This document shows, piece by piece, positions 54,698 through 64,000 of a DNA stretch of 64,000 bases. This stretch comes from Clostridia bacterium (GTDB taxonomy: Bacteria; Bacillota; DSM-521; Neomoorellales; SLTJ01): contig SLTJ01000021.1 in NCBI GenBank assembly GCA_004347685.1, forward strand, positions 3,157-67,156. Direction: 5' to 3'. The notes below the pieces were generated by a model that did no database searches, had not been told where the DNA came from, and saw only the letters and a list, made by a program, of their open reading frames with translations. Position 1 is the stretch's first letter. The number at the start of each line of letters is the position of its first letter. The position numbers and the translations under genes were made by a program.

Positions 54698-55918
54698 ATG
54701 AACCAGAATGATATCGTGATCACCAGCGCCTGCCGTACCCCTTTCGGCCGCTACGGCGGGTCGCTTAAGGATATGGACTATTTCGACCTAGGGGCCATCC
54801 CCATGCGGGAGGTACTGCGACGGGTGGGTCTGGACCCCGCCAGCGGCGTGGTGGAGGAGGTGTACTGGGGGGTGGGTGACACCTCTGCCTGCAAGGACGT
54901 GTTTACGCCCGTGGCTGCCCGCCAGACATTACTCAAGGCCGGTCTGCCCCCCACTACTCCCTCTACCAGCCTGGACAAGGCGTGCGTGTCCGCCATGTCG
55001 GCCGTAAAGCTAGGTTGCACGGGCATTAAGGCCGGCGAAATCCGGGTAGCCATTGGCGGTGGCGCCACTTCCTTCAGCCAGGAGCCCCTTATTCTGCGGC
55101 GGCTGCGTTTTGACGGCTTCCGCCTGGGCAACGTGGTCATGGAAGACCCGCTTTTTGAGCTCGGCTACAAGGATTTTGCCCCGGTGGCCGTAGATGCCGG
55201 CAACGTGGCCCTCAAGCACGGCGTGACCCGGGAGCAGCAGGACGAGTGGGCGGTTCGCAGCCACCAGAAGTACGGCGAGGCCTGGGCCGCGGGTAAATTC
55301 CAGGAGGAAATGATCCGTCTGGAAATCCCACAAAAAAAGGGCGGGCCCAAAGTCCTGGAGATTGACGAGCAGTACCGGGCCGATACCACCCTGGAAAAGC
55401 TGGCCAAGCTGCCTCCCATCTACGGCAGCCCCACTTGCACCGCCGGCAACGCGCCGGGGCTGAACGACGGCGCAGCCGCCATCCTCATTATGACCCGCGG
55501 CCGGGCGGCCGAATTGGGGTTGAGCCCGTTGGCCACCATTGTCAGCATGGTTTCCATAGCCACCGAGCCTTCCCTGATCGCCGAGACCCCGGCCTACGCC
55601 ATCCAGAAGGCCCTCCGGTTGGCCGACCTTACCCTGGACGATATTGCCATAATAGAAATAAACGAGGCCTTTGCCGCCATGCCCCTGGTATCCACTAAAC
55701 TCCTGGCTGATGGGGACGCGGCCAAACTGGCCTTACTCCGGGAAAAGACCAATATCAACGGCAGCGCCATCGCCATCGGCCACGCCAATGCCGCTAGCGG
55801 GGCACGCATCATGATGAACCTGGTCTATGAGCTGCGCCGCCGTGGTGGCGGCTATGCAGCCGGGGCCATCTGCGGCGGCCTGGGCCAGGGAGATGCCTGC
55901 ATTCTGCGGGTGGATTAA
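54698..55918 (+). CDS. Thiolase family protein (acetyl-CoA acetyltransferase-like)
   Basis: RTPFG.YGG, KAC.S, TAGNA.GLNDGAAA, INEAFAA, GH...ASGAR, ICGGLGQG. RBS AGGAG before ATG 54698. Confidence 0.93.
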   Translation: MNQNDIVITSACRTPFGRYGGSLKDMDYFDLGAIPMREVLRRVGLDPASGVVEEVYWGVGDTSACKDVFTPVAARQTLLKAGLPPTTPSTSLDKACVSAMSAVKLGCTGIKAGEIRVAIGGGATSFSQEPLILRRLRFDGFRLGNVVMEDPLFELGYKDFAPVAVDAGNVALKHGVTREQQDEWAVRSHQKYGEAWAAGKFQEEMIRLEIPQKKGGPKVLEIDEQYRADTTLEKLAKLPPIYGSPTCTAGNAPGLNDGAAAILIMTRGRAAELGLSPLATIVSMVSIATEPSLIAETPAYAIQKALRLADLTLDDIAIIEINEAFAAMPLVSTKLLADGDAAKLALLREKTNINGSAIAIGHANAASGARIMMNLVYELRRRGGGYAAGAICGGLGQGDACILRVD

Positions 55919-56000
55919 TTTCCGCACGGCAAAAAAGGAGGTATAACCTGGCCGGGCACCCCAGTCCTCATGGGCCGGCCGCGGCCAGGTATGGGCCAAT

Positions 56001-57191
56001 ATGCCAGAAAGTAAAAAGGGTTCAGCGGAAATCTTCCACCCCCAGTTTATCCTCATTATGCTGGTTAACGTACTCATGTTCATCAGCTTTTTTTCCATGT
56101 TGCCCACCATGGCCGGCTACGCCCAGACCATGGGAGCTTCTACCAGCGGCGTCGGTTTTATCATGGGGCTTTTGACCTTCACCGCCGTCTTTTTCCGCCT
56201 CTTCGCCGGTCGGGAAATAGACCGCTCCGGCTCCCGCCGGGTGCTCGTCTTTAGTACGGCCGTTATTGTGGCCGTCACCTTCCTTTACCCGCAAGTTCAC
56301 AACCTGACGTACCTGGCCTTGTTGCGCGTGCTCCACGGCCTGGGCTGGGGCGGCTTTATCGCCGTCACCCACGTTATAGCCGCCGACATTTCGCCGGCCG
56401 CCAGGCAGGGCGAGGCCATGGGCTACTTTACCCTCACCATCAACCTGGCCATGGCCTTTGCCCCGGCCGTCGGCCTGGCCTTGGCCGGCCGTTTGGGCTA
56501 CCCAGGGCTTTTTTACCTGGCCGGGGTGCTGATCGTGGCCGACCTACTCCTCTGCCTGGCCGTGGCCGAGCCGCCGCGGGAACGCTCACCGGAGCCCAGC
56601 CCCCTGATTGCCACCGCCTCCTTGCCGGCGGCTGCGGTTATCGTCCTCGTGACCCTGGGCTATGCCGGCATTATCAACCTGCTACCCCTGTTTGGCGCCG
56701 AACGCGGCCTCACCCAGTTAGGGTGGTTCTACGCTGTCTTCTCGGTGGCCCTGATCGCCAGCCGACCCGTTGGCGGCCGCCTCTCAGACCGCTACGGTCG
56801 CTTCGCCGTCCTCTGGCCCGGCATACTCCTGGTGGCCATGGGGCTGGCCCTGCTGGCCCAGACCCATGGCCTGGGCCTGTTCCTGACCGCTGCCGCTGTC
56901 TACGGTATCGGCTTTGGGTTTGTCCACCCCAGCCTGCTGGCCCTGACCATAGACCTGACACCGCCGCGCCAGCGAGGTGCAGCCATGTCCACCTTCTATT
57001 CGGCCTACGACCTGGGGGTAGGGGGTGGATCCTTCCTCTTCGGCAGCGTGGCTGCAGCCAGCGGCTTTACCCTGACCTATTGGGCCGGGGCCTGCCTGGC
57101 TGCTCTTTCCCTGCCCTTTCTCTCCCTGGCTGCCCGCAGGATGCAGCCCGGCGCCAGGCCGAGTGCCAGCCAGGCCGGCCTGGGGAAATAG
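56001..57191 (+). CDS. MFS transporter
   Basis: About 12 TM segments; GREIDRSGSR and GRLSDRYGR loop motifs. Confidence 0.92.
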   Translation: MPESKKGSAEIFHPQFILIMLVNVLMFISFFSMLPTMAGYAQTMGASTSGVGFIMGLLTFTAVFFRLFAGREIDRSGSRRVLVFSTAVIVAVTFLYPQVHNLTYLALLRVLHGLGWGGFIAVTHVIAADISPAARQGEAMGYFTLTINLAMAFAPAVGLALAGRLGYPGLFYLAGVLIVADLLLCLAVAEPPRERSPEPSPLIATASLPAAAVIVLVTLGYAGIINLLPLFGAERGLTQLGWFYAVFSVALIASRPVGGRLSDRYGRFAVLWPGILLVAMGLALLAQTHGLGLFLTAAAVYGIGFGFVHPSLLALTIDLTPPRQRGAAMSTFYSAYDLGVGGGSFLFGSVAAASGFTLTYWAGACLAALSLPFLSLAARRMQPGARPSASQAGLGK

Positions 57192-57363
57192 GACCAGCCG
57201 GAACCCGCGGAACTGAGCATGACACTCACGTCCACACGCGCCCCAGGCCTTCTAAATGGCTGCAGAGAGCATCCCTGTCGTGTCGCGAATGGCCAAAAAC
57301 GCGGGCGTTAAGCTAGTCACCCTTTCCGGGCGTGCGTCAGCTCTGCGGAACCCACCCGGCACC

Positions 57364-57392
57364 TTGACAGAACCTTTCACCCAGAGTATAAA
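57364..57392 (+). promoter_or_regulatory. Near-consensus SigA promoter for the Uma2 gene
   Basis: TTGACA-17 nt-TATAAA. Confidence 0.8.
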
Positions 57393-57425
57393 TGGGATAA
57401 CACTACTGGTACGGAGGTGACCTCC

Positions 57426-58004
57426 ATGACCCAAGCCCAGACCCAGCCGCAGCCACCGGCCGGGGAAATAATCCTCTCTTACGACGACTACCTCAAGCTC
57501 CCGGAGGACGGCAACCGCTACGAAATCCTGGAAGGAGTGCTGTACGTGACCCCGGCCCCTGTACCCCGCCACCAGCGGGTTTTGCGCGATCTCAGCCATA
57601 TCCTCCACGGCTTTGTCTCGGCCAACAATCTGGGGGAGGTCTTCTACGCCCCCGTTGATGTCGTTTTCAGCCGCACCAGCGTCGCCCAGCCGGACCTCAT
57701 CTTTATCAGCCGGGAAAAACTGCACCTGATCACCGAAAAAAACATCGCCGGCCCGCCTGACCTGGTGGTGGAGATCCTCTCCCCTTCCACTTCCGAGCGG
57801 GACCGGCTGGTCAAGGCCCAGGTATACGCTAAGCATGGGGTAGACTACTACTGGCTCCTGGACCCGGAGACAAAAACCCTGGAAGAATACCGGCGGGAGG
57901 AAAAAACCTTCACCTTGTTGTCCGCGGTGCAGGGAGATAGCACCTTCTCCCCCAAGCTATTCCCTGGGCTGGAAATTGATTTGGGCCAGGTATGGGCGAA
58001 CTGA
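57426..58004 (+). CDS. Uma2 family (DUF820) PD-(D/E)xK putative endonuclease
   Basis: YDDY..LPEDG.RYEILEG, P.PRHQ, QPDL, PDLVVEILSPST, K..VYA..GV.YYW. RBS GGAGGTG. Confidence 0.92.
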   Translation: MTQAQTQPQPPAGEIILSYDDYLKLPEDGNRYEILEGVLYVTPAPVPRHQRVLRDLSHILHGFVSANNLGEVFYAPVDVVFSRTSVAQPDLIFISREKLHLITEKNIAGPPDLVVEILSPSTSERDRLVKAQVYAKHGVDYYWLLDPETKTLEEYRREEKTFTLLSAVQGDSTFSPKLFPGLEIDLGQVWAN

Positions 58005-58394
58005 TTAGATCGTCAGGGAATATACTCCGCCTCAGCAGGCTTCTCTGTCGAGCGGCCCTCATAGGAGCCGGTAAGAACACCTCCCGTTTCGCTCCATAAT
58101 ATGATGTATGCCCCTCCTTGTTCCACCAGGTAGGCCATGTGGGACAGCCCCAGGCCTAAAGTCAGAAGGGGTGGCGGGAGAAACCGGTACGCGGGGAAAC
58201 ATCCTGTCAGCTACCTGGGCAGCGGTCGTTGGCCGAGGGAGGTGATCTGTTTGATTTTGCCCCTGGCCTGGGATTACAGCGCTTCCTGGCCGCGGCCATA
58301 GCTGGAGCCTTAAAACCGTCTCAATCTAATCCGCAAGAAGATGATGAGACAGATCTGCTTTCTCTCCTATCACGTAACGCTCCTGATCTCTGGG

Positions 58395-60335
58395 CTATTT
58401 TATGGATACATTTTTAGTTTTCCACTGCCAGAGAACTGCCCCCACCAGAACAACAATACCTATCACATCTGTCTTCCACCCTGGTACTACGGCCAAAATG
58501 GAGCCGATAAGGATCAATATACGCGGCAGCCACTTACATTGGTGGAATAGAAAGCCCTGCAACCCGATGGCCAGGCCAGTACTTCCAATTAAGGCACTCA
58601 CGGCGGCGGTGGCAATTTCTACTGGCGTGCCAACTAGAAGAAACGCAGGATTGTAAGCAAAAACTAAGGGGGCCAGGAAGGTAACTATACCAAGCCTCGT
58701 GGCCTGCCACCCCACCTGCATGGGGTTAGCTTGAGCAATAGCCCCGGCCACATATGCTGCTGGTGCCACTGGGGGCGTTATACTGGCTGCCACCGCAAAA
58801 TAAAAGATGAAAAAGTGGGCCGCCAGGGGGATCATACCCATCTTGACGAGGGCGGGAGCCACCAGAGTAGCCAAAAGTATATATGCCCCAGACGTAGGAA
58901 GTCCCATGCCTAACAGGATGCAGGTTAACGCTGTAAGGACAAGGAGTACAAATAAATGACCGCCGGAAGCGGCTACTAATACACTGGAAAGCCTAAGGCC
59001 CAATCCTGTAAGATTTAGGGTACCAAGGATGATACCAGCCACCGCACAGACTACAGCCACATCCACCATGGATCTACCACCTTGCTCCAAGGCCTGAAAA
59101 ATGCTTTGCAGCTTTAGATGCCCTTTCTTACCTCTTACAAAAGTTACAAAAGCGCTAACCACTACAAGGGATGCCGCCGACCATAGAGCTGATAATTGAG
59201 GTGGATACCCTAATACCAGCAACAGGAAAATTAGAACAATCAGCGGGACAACAAATTGTATACCTTCTCCCAGGACATGCTGGAGCTTTGGTAAGTCCTC
59301 GCGAGGTAGCCCGCGTAGGCCCATTTTTACGGCTTCGATATCAACCATAACGAATAAGACGAGGAAATACAGAACCGCCGGGATGATTGCCGCTGAGGCA
59401 ATGATGCGAAAGGGTACCCCCAGGAATTCGGCCATCACGAAAGCCGCAATTCCCATTACCGGGGGCATGATCTGGCCTCCATTGGAGGCCACCGCTTCCA
59501 CCGCACCGGCAAAATGAGGCATGTACCCGGTTCGTTTCATGAGGGGAATGGTGAAGGAGCCAGTAGTTGCCACGTTACCCATGGCACTGCCGGAGATAGT
59601 GCCCATCAGGGCACTGGCAATCACAGCTATCTTTGCCGGACCTCCGCGAACATGCCCCATTATGGCTCGGGCAGCGCCTACAAAGAAGTTTGCTGCGCCA
59701 CTAGTTTCCAGGAAAGCAGCAAAGACCATAAAAGCTACGACTAAACTAGCCGATACACCTAAAATTGAGCCGTAAATACCGTCGGCCCACATCCCTACGT
59801 ACCTGGCAATCTGGTCTGGAGAATACTGAGGCGTCTGCAGGATAGGGCTGTAGCTGCCAAAGAAAGCGTAGAGCAACAATACTGTGGCTATAAGAGGAAT
59901 AACAAGCCCCATCCTCCGTCGCGTAGCCTCAAGAACAATTATTACCATGGTCCAAGTAAGGAATCTATCAATGAATTCCATGGACCCCATGGCCACGCGC
60001 TGCTCAGTAACTTCATTAAAGAGGAATAGGTACCCATTTGCTACCAAGGCTAGAATAATTAGCACAATATCATACCAGGGTATCCTATTCCTTTCCCTCC
60101 CTGTGAATCCTGCCGGCGTAACTAAGAAGGTGATAGCCAGTACCAACCCGAGATGCGCGGCCCGGTGGGGGACTGTAGCTATGTGGATGCCAAGAAGGTC
60201 AAAGAAGCCAATGAGGTACATTATGCTATACAAAGAGAATATGATAGATATAACTTTAAGGATACCGGCGGCTGCGCTTGATAATTCCCTGCCGGTGGCA
60301 CGTTCCTTTTCTTTCCTAGCCGTGTCCATAGCCAC
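58395..60335 (-). CDS. TRAP transporter fused permease (4TM/12TM, TAXI type)
   Basis: LEATRR, GGPAKIAV.ASAL.GTISGSA..NV.TTG.FTIP.M, ASNGGQIMPPVMG, GMGLPT, SITPPVA. Confidence 0.95.
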   Translation of the reverse strand: MAMDTARKEKERATGRELSSAAAGILKVISIIFSLYSIMYLIGFFDLLGIHIATVPHRAAHLGLVLAITFLVTPAGFTGRERNRIPWYDIVLIILALVANGYLFLFNEVTEQRVAMGSMEFIDRFLTWTMVIIVLEATRRRMGLVIPLIATVLLLYAFFGSYSPILQTPQYSPDQIARYVGMWADGIYGSILGVSASLVVAFMVFAAFLETSGAANFFVGAARAIMGHVRGGPAKIAVIASALMGTISGSAMGNVATTGSFTIPLMKRTGYMPHFAGAVEAVASNGGQIMPPVMGIAAFVMAEFLGVPFRIIASAAIIPAVLYFLVLFVMVDIEAVKMGLRGLPREDLPKLQHVLGEGIQFVVPLIVLIFLLLVLGYPPQLSALWSAASLVVVSAFVTFVRGKKGHLKLQSIFQALEQGGRSMVDVAVVCAVAGIILGTLNLTGLGLRLSSVLVAASGGHLFVLLVLTALTCILLGMGLPTSGAYILLATLVAPALVKMGMIPLAAHFFIFYFAVAASITPPVAPAAYVAGAIAQANPMQVGWQATRLGIVTFLAPLVFAYNPAFLLVGTPVEIATAAVSALIGSTGLAIGLQGFLFHQCKWLPRILILIGSILAVVPGWKTDVIGIVVLVGAVLWQWKTKNVSIK

Positions 60336-60377
60336 ACTCCCCCGTCTAATTACTTTCAGCCATGACCCATCCTCAAC

Positions 60378-61493
60378 CTATCTGTCCTGCCCCATCCGCT
60401 GCAGCATATCACGATTAAACTGTTCCATCTCATCTGTCCACTGGCCAGCTTCTCTGTAGTACTTGATAGCTCCCTGGTGGAACGGAGCAACTCGCTGGGC
60501 CAAGGTCTTCTTGATGCTAAAGTCCTTGAATACCGCGTGCACACGTTTCAGTTCGTCTATATTGTCCCACACAGTCTTTGTGAAGGTATAAACAACATCC
60601 TCGGGCACGTTTTTGTTGGAACCAACAGCAGCGTAGATCCACAATGATGGTACGTCGTTGTCTATACCTTTGTAGATGCCGCCTGGAAGAACCCCCTCCT
60701 GTACCCAGGGAGCCAGTTCTTTGATACGCGCGATTCGATCTTCGCCGCTTATTTCCACCTCAACAATAGGCAGGGTCATAGCCAATTCCTGGAAAGTAGG
60801 GGTAGGTACGTTTCCGTGCATGCCAAATGCATCAATCCGCCCGGTCTTTAAGGCATCGGCCTCTTCTCCGGGGGTAAGGCGTGGCAAAAGTACCATATCG
60901 TTCTCTGTCATCCCGTAGGCATCCATGATGGCCTGCCACTCCATATCCCAAATAGGCGACCCAGGGGATTTGGCCATCACCCTTTTCCCTTTTAAGTCTG
61001 CAAAGGTCTTGATACCTGAATCAGCACGGGCTAAAATATGTACCATGGAAGAATGAGTACGGAGCACATAGCGAGAATTGCCCTTGTTCTCAGCACCATA
61101 AGGTTCCTCTCCTAGATAGCTGCGACCAATATCAAAATCAGTAGTATAACCAAAATCACCCTGGCCGGAAGCAACCATATTTTGGGCCTCGCCGGAGCCG
61201 CTGCTGGGAGTTACAGCGATGTCTAGCCCTGCTTTATTCCGTACCAGATCGGCCATGGCCGCCATTCCGATATAAGTAGTGGTACCGGCAGCCGATGTAT
61301 ATGCCGAGAAAACCTTACCCTTCCAGCTAGGCTCTTGGCTCTGCTCTGAAGCAGATTGCCCATTACCCCGAGCCACCTCCTTCTGGGCACTGGAAGTTTC
61401 AGTACCTTTACCACATGCAGCCAAGAATATAGCCATAGACATGACCGCGACTGTTAAAATCAACCATATAAACTGCTTGCTGTACCTCCTCAT
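60378..61493 (-). CDS. TAXI family TRAP solute-binding lipoprotein
   Basis: LAAC lipobox, GTTTY, S.GS, ADLKGKRV....PGS, PFHQGA.KYY.E.G. Confidence 0.92.
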   Translation of the reverse strand: MRRYSKQFIWLILTVAVMSMAIFLAACGKGTETSSAQKEVARGNGQSASEQSQEPSWKGKVFSAYTSAAGTTTYIGMAAMADLVRNKAGLDIAVTPSSGSGEAQNMVASGQGDFGYTTDFDIGRSYLGEEPYGAENKGNSRYVLRTHSSMVHILARADSGIKTFADLKGKRVMAKSPGSPIWDMEWQAIMDAYGMTENDMVLLPRLTPGEEADALKTGRIDAFGMHGNVPTPTFQELAMTLPIVEVEISGEDRIARIKELAPWVQEGVLPGGIYKGIDNDVPSLWIYAAVGSNKNVPEDVVYTFTKTVWDNIDELKRVHAVFKDFSIKKTLAQRVAPFHQGAIKYYREAGQWTDEMEQFNRDMLQRMGQDR

Positions 61494-61554
61494 AAGTTGA
61501 TGCCTCCTTTGGTCTTATTTCTGATCTCAACAAATTGCCGTAGCTCTAGAACAC

Positions 61555-63750
61555 CTAATTGTGGTAACTATCTGGAACTGCACCCTCATGCGACTCCTTT
61601 TGCAAGATCACTACTGCGTCAACCGCCATAACACCATACCTGTCTGGGTATACTATCAGCGGATTAATATCCAGTTCGGCAATCTCGTTTTTCAGGTCTA
61701 AAGCCATGTGGCTCACCCGAGAGACGACCTTTACTAATTCGTTTATGTCCCCTGGTTCACTGCCTCGAATTCCGAGTAACAAGGGATAAGCTCGTAATTC
61801 TTGTAGCATTTCTCGGGCTTCCTGCTCTGTTACTGGGGCAGGGCGTAAAGAGACATCTTTAAATACCTCTACGAATACTCCTCCGAGTCCTACCGTAACT
61901 ACTGGGCCAAAGCGCCGGTCCTGTTTAATACCAATAATAACCTCTATTCCGCTGCCGGCCATTTCCTCTACCAGTACGCCCTGAATATACGCGTCAGGGT
62001 TATATTCTCGGGCACGCATAGTAATCCTGCGATAGGCCTCTTTCATCTTCACAACTGAATCCAGACCAAGTATTACGGCTCCGGCGTCAGTTTTATGAAC
62101 TATATCAGGGGAAACAACCTTCGTAACCACAGGGAAGGTAATTTTGTCCTCGACCTGCGCCAGTTCATCTTCATCCTTAACCATAATGCCTCGAGGTACG
62201 GGAACGTCATAAGCACGCAGTAGTTGCTTAGCTGCAAATTCTGGTATCACCCCCTTGCCGCTGATCCTGGAGTTCTTAATTATCTCCTTAGCGGCGGCCT
62301 GGTTGCTGCTATGGGTAGGAGCAACCTTGTACTTTGAATTAAGCTTAAGATAAAGTTCCCGGCGGCGGTTATAGTCTACCAAGAGTGCCATGGCTTTCAC
62401 TGCACGGGTGGGATCAGTAAAGGCCGGAATATGCGTATCCCGCAGAATGGAAAGAGCCTCGCGTGGCATACCCATCCAGCTAACTACTACTGGCTTGCTA
62501 CTCCCAGTCGCTACTTCTGCAATATTCCGGGCCAGTTCCTCCGCCTTGCTGTATTGAAGGCTCAGGAAGATCAGCAGGTTATCAACTCCAGGGTCAACCA
62601 ACATAGCTCTCATTGATCGTGTAAGTAAATCGGGATAAAGCAGTAGTGAGGTAGTTAAATCAACAGGATTATTAATTGCAGCGAAGGGCGGCAATATTTC
62701 CTGAAGTGCCTGTATAGTCTCAGGAGCAAATTTTGCCAACTGGAGACCAAACTCTTCACAGGCGTCAGCTATGACGATTCCTGCCCCGCCAGAAATAGTA
62801 GCCACGGCCACCCGCGGTTTCTCCGGCTGGCGGGGAGATGAACATATTACGGCCAGGTCCAAAAGTTGTTCAACATCGTGGGCTCGGATGATACCTGCCT
62901 GGCGAAAAACGGCATCATAAACCTTATCAGAGCCGGCCAGGGCACCAGTATGAGAAGCGGCGGCTTTGGCTCCCATCTCAGACCTGCCTGCTTTGAGAAT
63001 CGCTACCGGCTTGCCCAGCTCCAGCGCGCGGTAGGCAGCCTGCTTTAGGGCCTCTCCGTTACGGGCATCTTCCATATACCCAATGACCACTCGAGTATCC
63101 TCTTGCTCGATAACAAATGAAACATAGTCAGCAAATGTGAGAACGGCTTCGTTCCCGGTACTGACCCAGAAGTTAAACCCGATTAAGTCTCGGGCAGCCA
63201 CAGCCATTATGGCCGTACCCAGAGCTCCGCTTTGACCGACAAAGGACACTGGCCCCGGATAAAGTTCGCCATACTCCAGAGCCTGAACAAAACTAGCCGT
63301 TACCTTCTCAGTAACATTAATGAAACCAGCGCAGTTAGGTCCACAAATAGCCATACGGTAACGGGTGGCGATCTCGCGAATCCTGTCTTCAAGTTCCTGA
63401 CCCTTTTCGCCTACCTCGGCAAATCCTGAGCTTAGAATTACCGCTGCCTTAATCCCCTGCTCTGCACATTCTTCTAACGCCTGTGGCACCGCTGCCGCTG
63501 GCAAGCTGATAATGGCCAGGTCGGCCTGCCGAGGGACTTTAGCCACATTTTCATAACACCTTACACCGTCTATCTGTCGATACCGCGGATTGACCAGATA
63601 AATATCACCTTGGTACCCATAACGTTGCAAAAAATGGAAAGGTTTGCCGCTAAGCTTACCCGGATCATTGGACACGCCTACTATGGTAATGGAGCGGGGG
63701 GAAAACATTACCTTCAGGTCTGGCCCTTGTTGAATACCGCCGCCACTCAT
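61555..63750 (-). CDS. ADP-forming acyl-CoA synthetase (acetate-CoA ligase family, alpha-beta fusion)
   Basis: PRSI.IVG.S, GPNCAG, QSGALG, GNEA, SHTGALAG (phospho-His), HKTDAGAV.L, ELDINPL. Confidence 0.94.
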   Translation of the reverse strand: MSGGGIQQGPDLKVMFSPRSITIVGVSNDPGKLSGKPFHFLQRYGYQGDIYLVNPRYRQIDGVRCYENVAKVPRQADLAIISLPAAAVPQALEECAEQGIKAAVILSSGFAEVGEKGQELEDRIREIATRYRMAICGPNCAGFINVTEKVTASFVQALEYGELYPGPVSFVGQSGALGTAIMAVAARDLIGFNFWVSTGNEAVLTFADYVSFVIEQEDTRVVIGYMEDARNGEALKQAAYRALELGKPVAILKAGRSEMGAKAAASHTGALAGSDKVYDAVFRQAGIIRAHDVEQLLDLAVICSSPRQPEKPRVAVATISGGAGIVIADACEEFGLQLAKFAPETIQALQEILPPFAAINNPVDLTTSLLLYPDLLTRSMRAMLVDPGVDNLLIFLSLQYSKAEELARNIAEVATGSSKPVVVSWMGMPREALSILRDTHIPAFTDPTRAVKAMALLVDYNRRRELYLKLNSKYKVAPTHSSNQAAAKEIIKNSRISGKGVIPEFAAKQLLRAYDVPVPRGIMVKDEDELAQVEDKITFPVVTKVVSPDIVHKTDAGAVILGLDSVVKMKEAYRRITMRAREYNPDAYIQGVLVEEMAGSGIEVIIGIKQDRRFGPVVTVGLGGVFVEVFKDVSLRPAPVTEQEAREMLQELRAYPLLLGIRGSEPGDINELVKVVSRVSHMALDLKNEIAELDINPLIVYPDRYGVMAVDAVVILQKESHEGAVPDSYHN

Positions 63751-63775
63751 TCTTTTTAACCACCCTTACGAAATA

Positions 63776-64000
63776 TCAGGCCTCGGTACGTAAAATCTCC
63801 CCATAAGGACGGCTCCTGATAAAATTCTCTAATTCTTCCTCGATCTTGATATACCATGGCTGCGAATGCAGAAGGCCATTCCCTGTCCGGATATACAACC
63901 TATCTGCTCCGGGTAACTTATCGGGAGAGCTGGCCACTAGTGCCCTTACGCGTTTAGCGCGGTATTTATATTTTCCGGGGGTTAACTCTCTGATAAACAA
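63776..64000 (-). CDS. C-terminal end of an unidentified gene continuing beyond the window
   Basis: Open frame to the window edge; ends 25 bp before the acyl-CoA synthetase start. Confidence 0.6.
   Translation of the reverse strand: MFIRELTPGKYKYRAKRVRALVASSPDKLPGADRLYIRTGNGLLHSQPWYIKIEEELENFIRSRPYGEILRTEA

Noticed and set aside
58141-58185. GGGAC..GCC..GGCCTAAAG, a partial c-di-GMP-I (GEMM) likeness
   Set aside because: No GCAAA junction, no GAAA tetraloop stem and no intact downstream gene.
58180-58200. GAAACCGGTACGCGGGGAAAC resembles the start of group II intron domain V
   Set aside because: The complementary 3' arm (CACGTACGG-like) and domain VI are missing, and there is no RT.

Overview
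GC-rich chromosomal window, most likely from an anaerobic Bacillota (Clostridia; a Moorella/Desulfofundulus-like relative is my inference from gene content, SigA-type promoters and riboswitch types). From left to right: (1) 1-3263, a decayed, layered integration hotspot at the 3' end of tRNA-Gly(CCC), with a doubly frameshifted DUF4258/YgiT pair, an integrase remnant, an intact hicB-hicA pair, wHTH and L-type lectin fragments. (2) SWIM + SNF2 helicase pair and pckA. (3) A Moco-riboswitch-led molybdopterin operon (small Cys-rich ORF missing from the ORF track, moeA, moeA-PBP, moaA, moaC, MOSC, mog; no moaD/moaE). (4) A ~1200-aa glucosylglycerate-synthase-like/unknown/GH130 fusion, and glutamate 2,3-aminomutase behind a c-di-AMP riboswitch that carries a ~258-nt structured insertion. 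(5) A 4-hydroxybenzoyl-CoA-reductase-like Mo enzyme (C-A-B order). (6) CE4 deacetylase, GH26, YifB, FAH, a heptad-repeat membrane protein, YkvI, GAF-GGDEF and an M24 peptidase. (7) 36.3-64 kb, a mosaic organic-acid uptake and CoA-activation region: two LIV-type ABC systems, FadD, MBL hydrolase, LysR, a GctAB-like pair apparently lacking the catalytic Glu, CaiB, PHP, thiolase, MFS, Uma2, TAXI-TRAP and an ADP-forming acyl-CoA ligase. All calls come from reading motifs by eye; no searches were run. Best leads: the riboswitch with the large insertion, the GT/unknown/GH130 fusion, the Glu-less CoA-transferase-fold pair and the small Cys-rich Moco protein.
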